From: Octopus sinensis
Lineage: Eukaryota
Length of the DNA: 64,000 bases
Reading direction: 5' to 3'
Assembly (NCBI RefSeq): GCF_006345805.1
Contig: NC_043010.1
Span: forward strand, 27,652,001-27,716,000
The notes under the pieces are model-generated. The model searched no databases. It was not told the origin of the DNA and saw nothing but the letters and a program-made list of their open reading frames with translations. The translations under genes and the position numbers were made by a program. Positions within the stretch are counted from its first letter, which is position 1. Every line of letters begins with the position of its first letter. Positions 39,601 to 52,800 of the stretch are shown here, piece by piece.

Positions 39601-42600
39601 CCATCGCAAGCCTCGTTGTGATCTCGCGCATGGCAAATGGATGCAGGTGAGGTCTCGCTCCAGTCTCTGAGATGGCAATGGCTGCCACAAGATCTCATCC
39701 AATATGGCCCTAGCTGCTTGTGCCGCTACACTTTTATTTTATTTGTTTACACTATTTTATGCTTGTTATACAAAGTTCACAAATTTATTTGAATTGTGAA
39801 TCATATTCCTTTCCATAATATCAATATGATTACAAAACTTCTTTGCAGACGATATTTTCTGTTTGGTTGACTCTAATTTTCAAATTACTGGAGTCTGTTG
39901 CTCTACTCATAGTGACATATAACTGGCCGTGTATAAACATCAGTGGGTAAAAATTCACCCACACAATCTAAACTCTGGCCCTGTGCCTTGTTTGTTGTGA
40001 GTTCAGGAGTGGAATCTGCCCATCTGCAATGTGAAATAAAGAGATAGTATTTCAAATCTAAATCCTCTAAATTCACAAATTATATGGAGCGGGAAATCTA
40101 GAGTTAATCCTTGTCGCCAGAATCTTTAAAAAATCAAAGCTGATTTATTAATACAGAACTCAATATCAGTAATTATTCATACACCGATTAAAGATGAGCC
40201 AAAGCCATCCCAATCATTCCTTAATAAGACATAATTATGGCATATGGCATAATTTAGTGGATAAATAAGTTGACTTCTCCCCCTTAATTTTTTTACTTTT
40301 TTACACTTGGAAACTGAATAATTACCCTCACTATCCACTAAATAATCATACTTTTTCTTATTTTTTTCGCTAAAAAACTTCCTGATTACTTCCTTTGTAA
40401 TTCTGAAAAATATTGTGACCATTGGTCCGGCTGTTTGACCATGAAGCAGGAACAGATAGACGGACATGATGCCCATTTTTGTAAGGAGATTAAGCTGGTG
40501 TTGAGAACTTCAGTTAACATGAAATCTTGACGGAAGATTTTTAACTTAGGTCACTGTAAAACAGGGAGCTTGTACCACAGAACCAGAAGGGGTCTCAGTT
40601 GGTATCAAAAGGGTTGATAAACTGGCCAATACGTTAGATGTACCATCCAATATTAATGGTACCCAAGAACCAGGTGATTGTTAAATTTGCTGGTGTATCA
40701 AGTGGTACTACTAAAAGCTAGGGGACCGCAGGGCGAGGCGATGGTTTTATTAAACTAAAATGCACATTACTATGCCAAACCCTTTTTGGTTTTTATTAAC
40801 AGAGAGAAACAAGGTGGAGGGAAGTCACATTCAAGTATACTTGATTTAACATTCAAGAAATCGTACCTAACCCCTGTTGAAGTCAAGGAACGTATGCATA
40901 AAATCTGGGAACATAACGGCTACATTCTAAGGATGGTCTATGACTTTTTAGACGTTGATGTTGAATATCCAACTGACATCTTTTTTCTTGAAGTTGTTCC
41001 TGTGATTCCATCTTGTTTTAGACCAGTAAGTATTATTATTTTCATTATCATTCATCATCGTTGTTTAACGTCTGCTTTCCATGCTGTCATGGGTTGGATG
41101 GTTTGACCGAGAGCTGGCAAGCCAGAAGGCTGCACCAGGCTCCAATCTGATCTGGCAATGTTTCTACAGCTGGATGCCCTTCCTAACGCTAACCACTCCG
41201 AGGGTGTAGTAGGTACTTTCTACATGCCACTGGCAGGAGGGCTTGTTGGGCAGTACTGCTACTGGTCACGCTTGAACGGTGCTTTTTACGTGCTATCCGC
41301 ATGAGAGCCATTCAGACAGCACTGGCAATGACCACGCTTGAATGGTGCTTTTTACATACCACCTGCACCGGACCAGTCAGCCAGCACTAGCATTGACCAT
41401 GCTCAACTGGTGCTTTTTACATGCCACTAGCAAAAATTTTTATTAAGGTGGTGAGCTGGCAGAATCATTAGCACGCCGGTCAAAATGTTTAGCAGTATTT
41501 CACCTGTCACTACATTCTCAGTTCAAATTCTGCTGAGGTTGACTTTACTTTTCATCCTTTTGGGGCCAGTAAAATAAGTACTAGTTGAACACTGGGGTCA
41601 TTGTAATTGACACATCTCCTCCCTTAAAATTGCTGCCCTTGTGCCAAATTTTAGAACCATTATTATTATCATTATTATTGGTGAGCTGAAAGACTCGTTA
41701 GCATGCCAGACAAAATACTTAGTGGCATTTCATCCGGCTTTACGTTCTGATTTCAAATTCTGCCGAGGTCGACTTTGTCTTTCATTCTTTTGGGGTCAAT
41801 AAATTAAGTACCAGTTGAACACTGGGGGGTTAATGTAATCGGCTAGTCCCTTGCCCCAAAGTTTCAGGCCTTGTGAGAGGATTATTATTATTATTATTGT
41901 AGTGATGAGTTGGCAGGATTGTTAGCATGTTGGACAAAATGCTTAGCGATATTTCTCCCGACTCTTTATATTCTTCAGTTAAATTCTCCTGGTGTCGACT
42001 TTCATCCTTTAGATCTCTATAAAATAAGTATCAGTTGAGCCCTGGGGTTGATGTTATTAACTTTACCCACCCCTGCTCCAAAATTTCAGGCTTTGTGCCT
42101 ATAATAGAAAGGATTGTTGTTAGGGCAGTGACCTGACAGAAACGTTAGTATGCCAGGTGAAATGCTTAGAGTTATTTCGTCTGTCTTTACATTCTGAGTT
42201 CAACTTTGCCTTTCATCCTTTTGGGTTCGATAAATTAAGTACTGGAGTCAATCTAATTGACTGGTTCCCTCCCCCAAAATTTCGGGCCTTGTGCCAAGAG
42301 TAGAAAAGAATATTGTAATATAGACAAGGCGGCGTGCTAGCAGAAACTTTAGCACGCCGGGCGAAATGCTTAGCGGTATTTCATCTGTCTTTACGTTCTG
42401 AGGTTGACTTTCCTTTTCATCCTTTTAGGGTCGATAAATTAAGTACCAGTTGCATACTGGGGTTGATCTAATTGACTGACCCCCCCCCCATCCTAAAAAT
42501 TTCGGGCTTTGTGCCTTGAGTAGAAAAGAAAGGATTATTGTTCAGGGAAGGAAGCTGGCAGAATGGTTAGCACACCTGACAAAATGCTTAGTGGTTATTC

Positions 42601-43796
42601 ATCTGTCTTTATCTACTAAGTCCAAATTCCTCCAAGGCCACCTGTGCCATTTGTAGGGAGAGGGGTCAATAAAATAAAGTGCCCGTTGAGCACTGGGGTC
42701 AATGTAATTGAACATCCTCCTCCCACAAAATTTTGGGTCTTGTGCCTGTAGCAGAAAGAATTATTATTTCTACAAGTTCTACCGAGACATGGATTAGCAG
42801 AGTCTTGTATGTCAGACAAAAATCATTGTCATCTTCATTTGATGTCTGTTGTCCATGCTGGCATGGGTTGGACAGTTTAACCAGGACTGGCAAGCTGGAA
42901 GGCTGCACCACACTCCAGCCTGGTTTTCTACAGCTGGATGCCCTTCCTAATGCCAACCACTCCAATATTTCTTCTGATTAAGGCTGAGAGCTGGCAGAAT
43001 CCTTTAGCATGCTGGGCAAAATGCTTAGCAGCATTTAGTCTGTCATTTACATTCTGTGTTCAGATCCTACTTTTCATCGTTTTGCAGTCAATAGAATAAG
43101 TACCAGCTGAGCCCTAGGGGTCGATGTAATCAATTTACCTTCTCCCAAACTTGCTGTCCTTGTGCCAGAATTTTAAACCAATGTTTTTTTCAGGATTGTT
43201 ACATTCTCATGGATCAAATCCCCACAAAAGCCTGCCACAGATTGCTGTGGCCATACCTTGTTACCACCTTCAAGAGTTCCGTAAATTTCAGAACTTTATT
43301 TCAAGTTGTTTCATGAGGCTGTCTCCTGAATTTACCATCCATAATCTTAACTAAAACCAACATTATAAACGAGTTGTGGGCCAACTGTGGCCTGCGGGAC
43401 ATTCTGAATAGCATGTTTAATGAAAGAATTGTCTTGAATGTATTTAGAAGTTCAGCCCACCTAATGAGGAGACATATCTCATGTGACCTGCTGCTTAAAA
43501 ATTGTTGCCTATGCTTGTTAGAGATATTTACCAAATATTTTTCTGTAGTCATGAAAAAATTTGGCATCAGTTCCCAATGAGGATGTGTATTCTTTTACTT
43601 GTTTGTCATTTTGACTGCGGCCATGCTGGAGCACTGTCTTTAGTCAAGCAAATCGACCCCAGGATTTATTCTGTGTGAGCCTAGTACTTATCCTATCGGT
43701 CTCTTTTGCCGAACTGCTAAGTTACAGAGACGTAAACACACCAGCATCGGTTGTCAAACGATGTTGGGTCACACACACACACAAACATATACACAT

Positions 43797-43842
<46 letters not shown>

Positions 43843-46800
43843 CTGGCTTCTTTCAGTTTCCATCTACCAAATCCACTCAAAAGGCTTTGGTCAGCCCGAG
43901 GCTATAGTAGAAGACACTTGCCCAAAGTGCCATGCAGTGGGACTGAACCATGTGGTTGGTAAGCAAGCTACTTACCACACAGCCACTTCTGTGCTAAACC
44001 ATTTCATAACCATAGTTCTAACAAAATGCACTTCCTGCAGTTTCAATTCATTTTGAAAATTATAAAGAATTTGAAAGTAGAATAACTTTTTTTTTTTTTT
44101 TAATCCATTATCTTGGTTATTCATGATTTTTTTCTTTTTTTTTTCTTTTTTTTTTCTTTTGTTAGTGTGTTGTTTTAAAAGGTAACAAGTATGAAAGCGT
44201 GCAGACTTCTTCCTACAAACGAATCGTGGTGGAATGTGAGAAGATCCAACAAATTCTCCATGAGCTCAGAAAGATGGAAGGTGGCCAAACAGAAGGTGAA
44301 GGTGAAGGCAAAGGTGAAGGTGTGGGTGAAGTGGTAAGTAATAGGGTAGTGGGATGTCAGGGTCCTGGTGGCAGTGGTAGTGGTCACCATCATTATTAAA
44401 AAGCTAGTTTAAAAATACTGTGTTGAGACAGCACATTGAATATGTTGGCTAGAAACTACATGGATGTTAGATAAAACTGTCTTTGGCATGTCTATAGGGT
44501 AAAAGACAAATATCTCCTTGACCCTTTAGCATTTAAACTGACCATATCCAGTCAAAATTTTCTACCTGTTTTGTCTTCAGACTAGCCAGATCTGGCCTTT
44601 CCCACTTACCCTACAATTTCATTTCATAAAAGGCAAATATCTCCTTGACCCTTTAGCATTTAAACTGACCATATCCAGTCAAAATTTTCTACCTGTTTTG
44701 TCTTCAGACTAGTCAGATCTGGCCTTTCCCACTTACCCTACAATTTCATTTCATAAAAGTCAAATATCTCCTTGACCCTTTAGCATTTAAACTGACCATA
44801 TCCAGTCAAAATTTTCTACCTGTTTTGTCTTCAGACTAGCCAGATCTGGCCTTTCCCACTTACCCTACAATTTCATTTCATAAAAGGCAAATATCTCCTT
44901 GACCCTTTAGCATTTAAACTGACCATATCCAGTCAAAATTTTCTACCTGTTTTGTCTTCAGACTAGCCAGATCTGGCCTTTCCCACTTACCCTACAATTT
45001 CATTTCATAAAAGGCAAATATCTCCTTGACCCTTTAGCATTTAAACTGACCATATCCATTCAAATTTTCTACCTGTTTTGTCTTCAGACCAGCCAGATCT
45101 AGCTTCTCCCACTTACCCTGCAATTTCATTTCATAAATAAACAATCACATTGTTGGAATCTCAAAACTATGGGATAATGTGGGATTAATTCCAAACAATG
45201 GGAATAAGTAAGAATTACATTTGACAGAATAATCTGAATATTAAGGGTTAATCCTTTACCATTTAATCCAACCATATCTGGGCCCAAATACTCATTTTAA
45301 TGTTCAAACCGGTGGAATCTGGCCTCTCACACTCACCCTACAATGTCATTTTAAAAATAAAGATCTACATCAAAATCTTAAAGCTATGGGATAGTACAGG
45401 ATCGATTCAAAACAATACAAATTAAGAAGCATTACATTTGACAGAATTATCTGTATTCTGAATGGTTAAGGCTCTGCCAACAAGAGATCCTGCACATGGT
45501 CACTTGAACTTTTGGAAATAGCAACCAAATCTCACTCAACTCACACACCATGTTGTCTCACAAGTAAAGGATGCATTGGGTAATATACTCCTACAAGACC
45601 TTAAAAAGACAGAATGGTCAAAGCTGAACTGTTTTCAATCATAGCCCTGCAGTCTTCTTTGCTTTAACATCCACTTTTCCATGCTTGCGTAAGACAAACA
45701 GTAGTATGTTGGGTCTGAGTTTTCTACAGCTGGATGCTCTTCCTGTCACCAACCTTCACTTGTTTCCAGATGTGGTAATAATCTCTCAGTCCATCAAACA
45801 GCCTGGACATGTTTGATGTAGAGAACAGGAAAGAAATGACACCCTATGAATGAGCCATTTGTTTACAAAGATTGTGCATCATATCAAAAAGTTTGGACAT
45901 GCTTTTGTGAGGGACTGCAAGCAGATGATCCCATTAGTGAAGCCATTGTTTATAAGTAAGCTAGCACAAACATGAAGGAAAATATAGTTATTTGCATGTA
46001 CACACACATATATTATTATTATTATTAAGGCGGTGAGCTGGCAGAATTGTTAGCACACCGGCTGAAATGCTTAAACGGCATTTCGTCCGTCTTTTCGTTC
46101 TGAGTTCAAATTCCACTGACGTCAACTTTGCCTTTCATCCTTTCAGGGTTGATGGAATAAGTACCAGTTACACACTGGGGACAATGTAATCAACTAATCC
46201 CCTCCCCCAAAATTTCAGGCCTTGTATCTTTAGTAGAAAGAATTATTATTATTACCACTGCCTTCGCTAAGGTAGAGGTATTGTTTTCAGTCGTGTTTGT
46301 TTGTCCTTGGTTGAAACTTTCAGAGATGCTTGACCTTGTTACTGGCAGGAACTGATTAGATTTTGGGATCAATCCAATACTGGACAAGAATTCTGGATTA
46401 TTTTTTATATTTACTTTACATGATTATGATCTTATGTTGACTTTCAAGTCTTTCTCAAGTATCTCCCTTTAGGCTGTTTCCAAAGTTTTATTTCCATTTC
46501 CCTATTATTAATTTTATTTGCGCCTCTATCTTAATTGAATATGATGGATAAAGAAATCAAACTACATCAACAAATGGCAGCAAAACTGTTCAGAAATTAA
46601 ATAACACTAACATAAAGTTATAATATATATATTACGTATTATACTTACATATTAACATTTTACAGTATACTTACATATATACATGCATCTATACATCAAT
46701 CTAAAACAACAGGAATACTAAAGGAAAGTCAGAATTTAAGAGAAGAGAAAACCAAAAGGTCTCATGCTATTCATTTAAAAATTCATTTAAAAATTCACCT

Positions 46801-49800
46801 CCGCCTTTGAAACTATTTTGAATGGTGAATTTGTTAACTTTGGCTCATATATTAGATAAGGATAAACTATTTATTACTGTTACTAAATTTTCTACAGCCA
46901 TCTTCACGTTCCATGACGACAATTGCGATCAGTCAGGTACTGGATAGGAATTCTGGGTTGTTTTTCCTGTTTTTTTACTTAATTTTTGAGAGCAGTCGGG
47001 CTCATTTTTAGTATTCTCATTTGTGAGAATACTAAATCATCTCTGGCTAATCATTGGCAGGACATTGATATTGCCTTGGCAGAGGCTTGCACTCTGAGTG
47101 CTTTTGTTATTATTATTAAGGTAGTGAGCTGACAGAATTGTTAGCAATCTGGGCAAAATGCTTAGCAGCATTTCATTCATCTCTACATTCTGAGTTCAAA
47201 TTCCAACAAGGTCAACTTTCCCTTTCATCCTTTCAGGGTCAATGAAATAAGGACCAGTTGAATACTGGGGGTTGATGCAACCGACTTACCCCCACCCCTA
47301 AAATTGCTGGCCTTGTACCAAAATTTGAAATTATTATTTTTATTGCCATTTTATTAGTTCATCCATCATTGTCAACGATGACCAAGGACATCACATGACC
47401 AAAGGAGACAGTGCACAGTGTGTCTCTCTGGCCAACCAGTCCAATGCCTGCTCAGAAAGGCTCTGTCGCAGGTCAGGCACTGGTGGTCTGCTGGGACTGA
47501 AGGCAAAGAGTTGGCTCAGCACTTGCAGAGTTCGCATTTCATTTCTGCCCTTGAATTCCTGTTCTCTTTGTCAGAGGTGACAAGCCTGTTGGTACAGCTT
47601 TGCCAGGCAGGGCAGATATGTGTGCTTGTATTTCCCAGGTGTTGGGGGTTGATCTCAAAGCTTTGCAATGAACCATGATATATATATCTATATATAAAAG
47701 AAGGTTTGAAAATCCAATTTTAAAAGATGTATATTCACTTGACCGATTTCACTTTTTTAGGAAAAGATTGTCAAAAGTAAAATGTAAAGCTTTGTATAAG
47801 CTTTGTTGTGTTAAGTACTGGCTGTCACAAAAGTATTAAAATACATATATACATTCTTTGATAATATTAAGAAAATGTTAAAACAGTTTACAAGAAAGTA
47901 TTCAGAACGGGACTAGAAAAAGTATTATCAGTTCAATAAAAATCATGTTTGTTTGGTAGTATGTATATACACAGAAGGAGATATATTTAAGAATTCACAA
48001 AGAATTGGAGAGGAATAACTGACCTGTCTTTCTGACATTTTCTATTTTAGCTACACACAAGATATATATATTTTAATACTTTTGTGACAGCCAGTACTTA
48101 ATACAACAAAGCTCTACATTTTACTTTTGACAATCTTCTTAAAAAGGGAAACCAGTCAAGTCAATAAACATCTTTTAAAATTGGATTTTCAGACCTTTTA
48201 TATTTATATATATATATATATATACACACATGCACATATATATAAACAGTGTGGTGCAAAAGTAGGTATACAGTTATGAAAAAAGAAAACATGTACAATA
48301 CTCATTCATTTTTATCGAAAACTGAAAAGTTATGATAAAAGTATTATTATAGTTATAAATGTATCATTATGATTAACGAAACTGAAAATATCAAAAATGG
48401 GGCTAACTAATTTAATGCGCTAATAGCTTTAATGAATTAAGTATTATAACATTGACGTGATACTTACTGGTATACCTACACTTGCACCCCGTCTCCCAAA
48501 TCTTTTGGCCAGCCTGGGGCTGTTGTAGTAGTAGTAGTAGTAGAAGACATTTACCCAGAGTTCCCACACAGTGGGACTGAACCTGAAGCCACATGGTTGG
48601 GAAGTGAACATTACCTGAAAGGAATCTCTTTGGTTGTAGGTCTGCTTGGTCAGAGGCTTCCCTGTCATGCTAAAGATTCTGTTTTTTTGTTTTTTTTTCT
48701 TGTAAAGTTTTCCTTTTTGTCTTTTGCAGGATCTAAATACGGTCAATGATGCAAAGCATAAGAACCTAAAGAAAAGGCTCAACGAGACTTGGTTGGCTCT
48801 ACAGAAGGATGTCAATTGGTTGTATGACGATTCCTCTGACCCAAGTTCATTCCGCATCAGAGGTGTTAGACAGGTCAGGCATCCATTGAACATTTTTCAA
48901 TACATTTCTTCTTCTTTTCTTTTGTCTTTTTACACATACTTTCATCCAGTACAAGGGTTCGTCCTCAGATCAAAGGGTTTAAATACGTTTTTATCTTTTA
49001 CTTGTTTCAGTCATTGGATAGTGGCCATGCTGGAGCACAGCCTTGAAGAATTTGTGGTCGAATGAATTGACCCCAGTACTTTTTTTTAATTAAGCCTGGT
49101 ACTTAATTTATCAGTATCTTTTGCTGAGCTGCTAAGTTATGGGACACAAACACACCAACATCTGTTTTCAAGCAGTGGTGGGGGATAAAGACAGACACAC
49201 ATATATATATGACAGGCTTCTTTCAGTTTCCATCTACCAAATCCATTCACAAGGATTTGGTTGTTCTAAGTTTATAGTAAAAGACACTTGCTTAAGGTTC
49301 CACATTGGGACTGAACCCAGAACCATGTGGTTAGGAAGCAAGCTTCTTACCACTCAGTCACACCAATAAATTCTAAATATTTCTTCCTTAATCCATTTAA
49401 TACCTGTTTTATTAAAAGCTCCCATTATAAAGTGGAACTACAGTTTATCCTTCATGTCATATTTTCATTTCCTCCTCGTTTACAGATTCTCGAGAAAAAA
49501 GAGGGTCTCTTCCGGAAGCACATGATGGGGAAACGTGTTAACTATGTTGCCCGATCAGTAATTACCCCTGACCCCAATATTGAAGTCGCTGAGATTGGAG
49601 TTCCTGAGATCTTTGCTAAAACATTGACCTATCCACAACCTGTGACCCCTTGGAATGTGGATAAACTGAGGAAAATGGTGATTAATGGGCCAAATGAGTA
49701 TCCAGGGTGAGTAAATGCAATTGAATGGATAATCTCTATCTATCAGTTTAAGATAATAGCCTTAGACACACTGTCTGTATAATTAGAAAGGAAAATAAGC

Positions 49801-52800
49801 ATAAAAGAAGATAGCTACAGCTGGGGCACCTTTGATCATAGGTCTTTTGTAACTGGATTGACCTGGGTCTGAACAACGTGTATGTATAGTCATTGATTAT
49901 CAAGTATTCCCACGCAACCAAGTGGACACTCACTTTATACATCACTCATACACATTCATCTACACATGCACACACACCCTTATAGATGCATGCCAATTGT
50001 CTGCATCACTCACACATCCTCCTCAAGCATATATACTCACTATCTATATCACACACACGTCCACATGCAAACTTCTACATTCATTCATGCATGCACACAC
50101 ACACATTCTTCTCTGTTATATTTTTGCAAAATATTCTCTCCTTTCTTCCAGAGCGGCGTATGTTGTCGACCAGCATGGTGTGAAGCAGCGTCTTCTTGCT
50201 GAAAATCCCACCCAGCGTCAGTCAGTAGCCAACCAACTCCTCACTCCATCATCTGTCAACAAGTCTTTGGTCACATGTAAGAAGGTATGATAAATTTAAC
50301 ACTTTTGCTTTTGAGATGCAAACACTGAGACTTAGAACTTAAGGTTGGGGTAGACAAAAGAACACTGGAGATGGTGGACATAGATCATCATCATCATCGT
50401 TTAATGCCCGTTTTCCAAGGTAGCATGTGTTGGACAGTTCAACCAGGGTCTGGGAAGCCAGGTGGCTGCACCAGTCTCCAGTCTGATCTGGAAGTGTTTC
50501 TACAGCTGGATGCCTTTCCTAACGCCAACCACTCCGTGAGTGTAGTGGGTGCTTTTTATGTCCCACTGGCACAGGGGCCAGAGGAGGCTGGCAACAGCCA
50601 CGATCGGTTGGAGCTTTTTATGTGCCACCAGCACAGAAGCCAGCCAAGGTGGCACTAGCATTGGCTACGTTCAGATGGTGCTTTTTATGTACCACCGGTA
50701 TGAGTATCACAACTACAATTCCATTTGATTCTTATTTTGATGTACTTGACTCAATAGGTCTCCTCAAGCACAGCAGGTCGCCCAATGATCCAAGGTATGC
50801 ACCGCAGGCCTTCCTGCAATGCAAGGTACTTTGAATGAGCTGGGGTGGTTGTGTGAAGCTGGTGTAGTATACAGCCATGAACTCACGTTATTTGTCAGGT
50901 CAGAGATAGAACATATCTATGGATCACTTGTTAGTGTTATCACTACAAATTTTCTGTAGAAATTATAGACAACACTGAATTTGTTATGATATTTGTATCC
51001 GAGTATGCCTACATGGAGGCACAAGTGTTGGGTCTCATGGAAGCAAAGTGACTGAGTTCCTTTTGAGTGTTTGGCTTCACGGAGGCAATGACTGAGACCT
51101 TTGTCACCGTCATGCTTGAGAAGAAGAGCCATGAAGCCAAGCAAAATCATAGTGTCGTGCAAAAGGTACCTGTGCCAGTGGCATGTAAAAGCACCCATTA
51201 TACTCTTGGAGTGATTGGCATTAAGAAGGGCATCCAGTGATTGAAAACCATACTAAGTCTGACTGGAGTCTGGTGCAGTCTTCCAGCTTACCAGCCCTGG
51301 TCAAGCCATTCAACCCATGCCAGCATGGACACTGGACGTTAAATGATTATGATGACGATGAAGGAGATCAAAGATGGAAAAGGGGTCATGGTGTATTACC
51401 ATTACCCATTTCCCCATCTTTGATTGAAAAGTGATTTGACAGCACTACTAACACAGTTGAACAAAGCATTGACTTATAAAGCATTTAATCATCATTTAAT
51501 GTCCATTTTCCATGCTGGCATGGATGGGATGATTTAACCAGGGCTGGAAGGCTGCACCAGACTCCAGTCTAATTTGACAGGGTTTCCTATGGCTGGCTAT
51601 CCTTCCTAACGCCAATAGGATCTCCTTGTTTACATTAGGCATATTCGGATACAAAATGTCATAACAAATCAGTGCTGGCTATAATACACTTTCTAATATA
51701 TTATAGTTGGATATCGAACAGCTATGCTACATGGCAGTGAAACATGGGCCGTGACTGCTGCAGACATGCATAAGCTTGCAAGGAATGAAGCTAGTATGCT
51801 CTGCTGGATGTGTAATGTCAGTGTGCATACACAACAGTGTAAGCGCCCTGAGAGAAAAGTTGGACTTAAGATGCATCAGATGTGGTATGCAAGAGAGACG
51901 ACTGCACTGGTATGGTCATGTGTTGCGAATGGATGAGGACAGCTGTGTGAAACAGTGTCACACCCAAGCAGTTGAGGGAACCTGTGGAAGAGGTAGACCC
52001 AAGAAGACCTGGGATGAGGTGGTGAAGCATGACCTTCGAACATTGGGCTTCACCGAGGCAATGACAAGTGACTGAGATCTTTGGAGATATGCTGTGCTTG
52101 AGAGGACACAACAAGCCCAAGTGAGACCATAACTGTGGCCTATGCCAGTGGTGTATAACCAGCCCACTTATGAGTACCCTTGATTTCATTAGACAATAAA
52201 CTATGCTTGTGAAGACCTGTTGTGGCCAATGACTGCACTGCCTGATTGGCACCTGTGCCAGTGGAGCGTTAAAAGCACCATTCGAGCATGATCACTGAAA
52301 GGGGCTGCTGACTGGCTTCTGTGCTGATGGCATGTAAAAAAAAGCACCATTCAAGCATGGTTGTTGCCAGTGCTGCTGGACTGGCTCCTGTGCAGGTGGT
52401 ACGCAAAAAGCAACATTTGAGTTTTGCCGAAGCCAGTAGAACGTAAAAGCACCCACTACACTCTCGGAGTGGTTGGCGTTAGGAAGGGCATCCAGCTGTA
52501 GAAACTCTGCCAGATCAAGACTGGAGCCTGGTGCAGCCATCTGGCTTGTCAGCCCTCAGTCAAACCATCCAACCCATGCTAGCATGAAAAGCGGACATTA
52601 ATCAATGATGATGATGATGAACAAAGCAAACATGGTGTCCCTACAAGTCATTAATATCTATCGGTGAGAGGTGGATCAAGGTAGACTATTCTTGCAATCA
52701 AATGATACAAATCAAGGCATACGCAAAGAAATAAATGCAGTCCTACCCAACCCATATGCTGGTGATGGTGGTGGTGATCTTGAGTACTCAATCAAAAGGA

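Noticed and set aside
38677-43178. Idea that SINE B is mobilised by the Dong-like LINE because both associate with TAA/TTA runs
   Set aside because: The runs are on opposite strands relative to element sense, and the Dong 3' tail is missing here, so no shared tail can be shown.
43195-43320. Exon-like segment after ttttttcag in POLR1A intron 5
   Set aside because: It does not match RPA1. Exons 5 and 6 already join in phase and align to human RPA1 without a gap.
44500-45130. Regularly spaced repeats resembling a CRISPR array
   Set aside because: Whole 127-bp units are repeated with no unique spacers, there are no cas genes, and the context is a eukaryotic intron.
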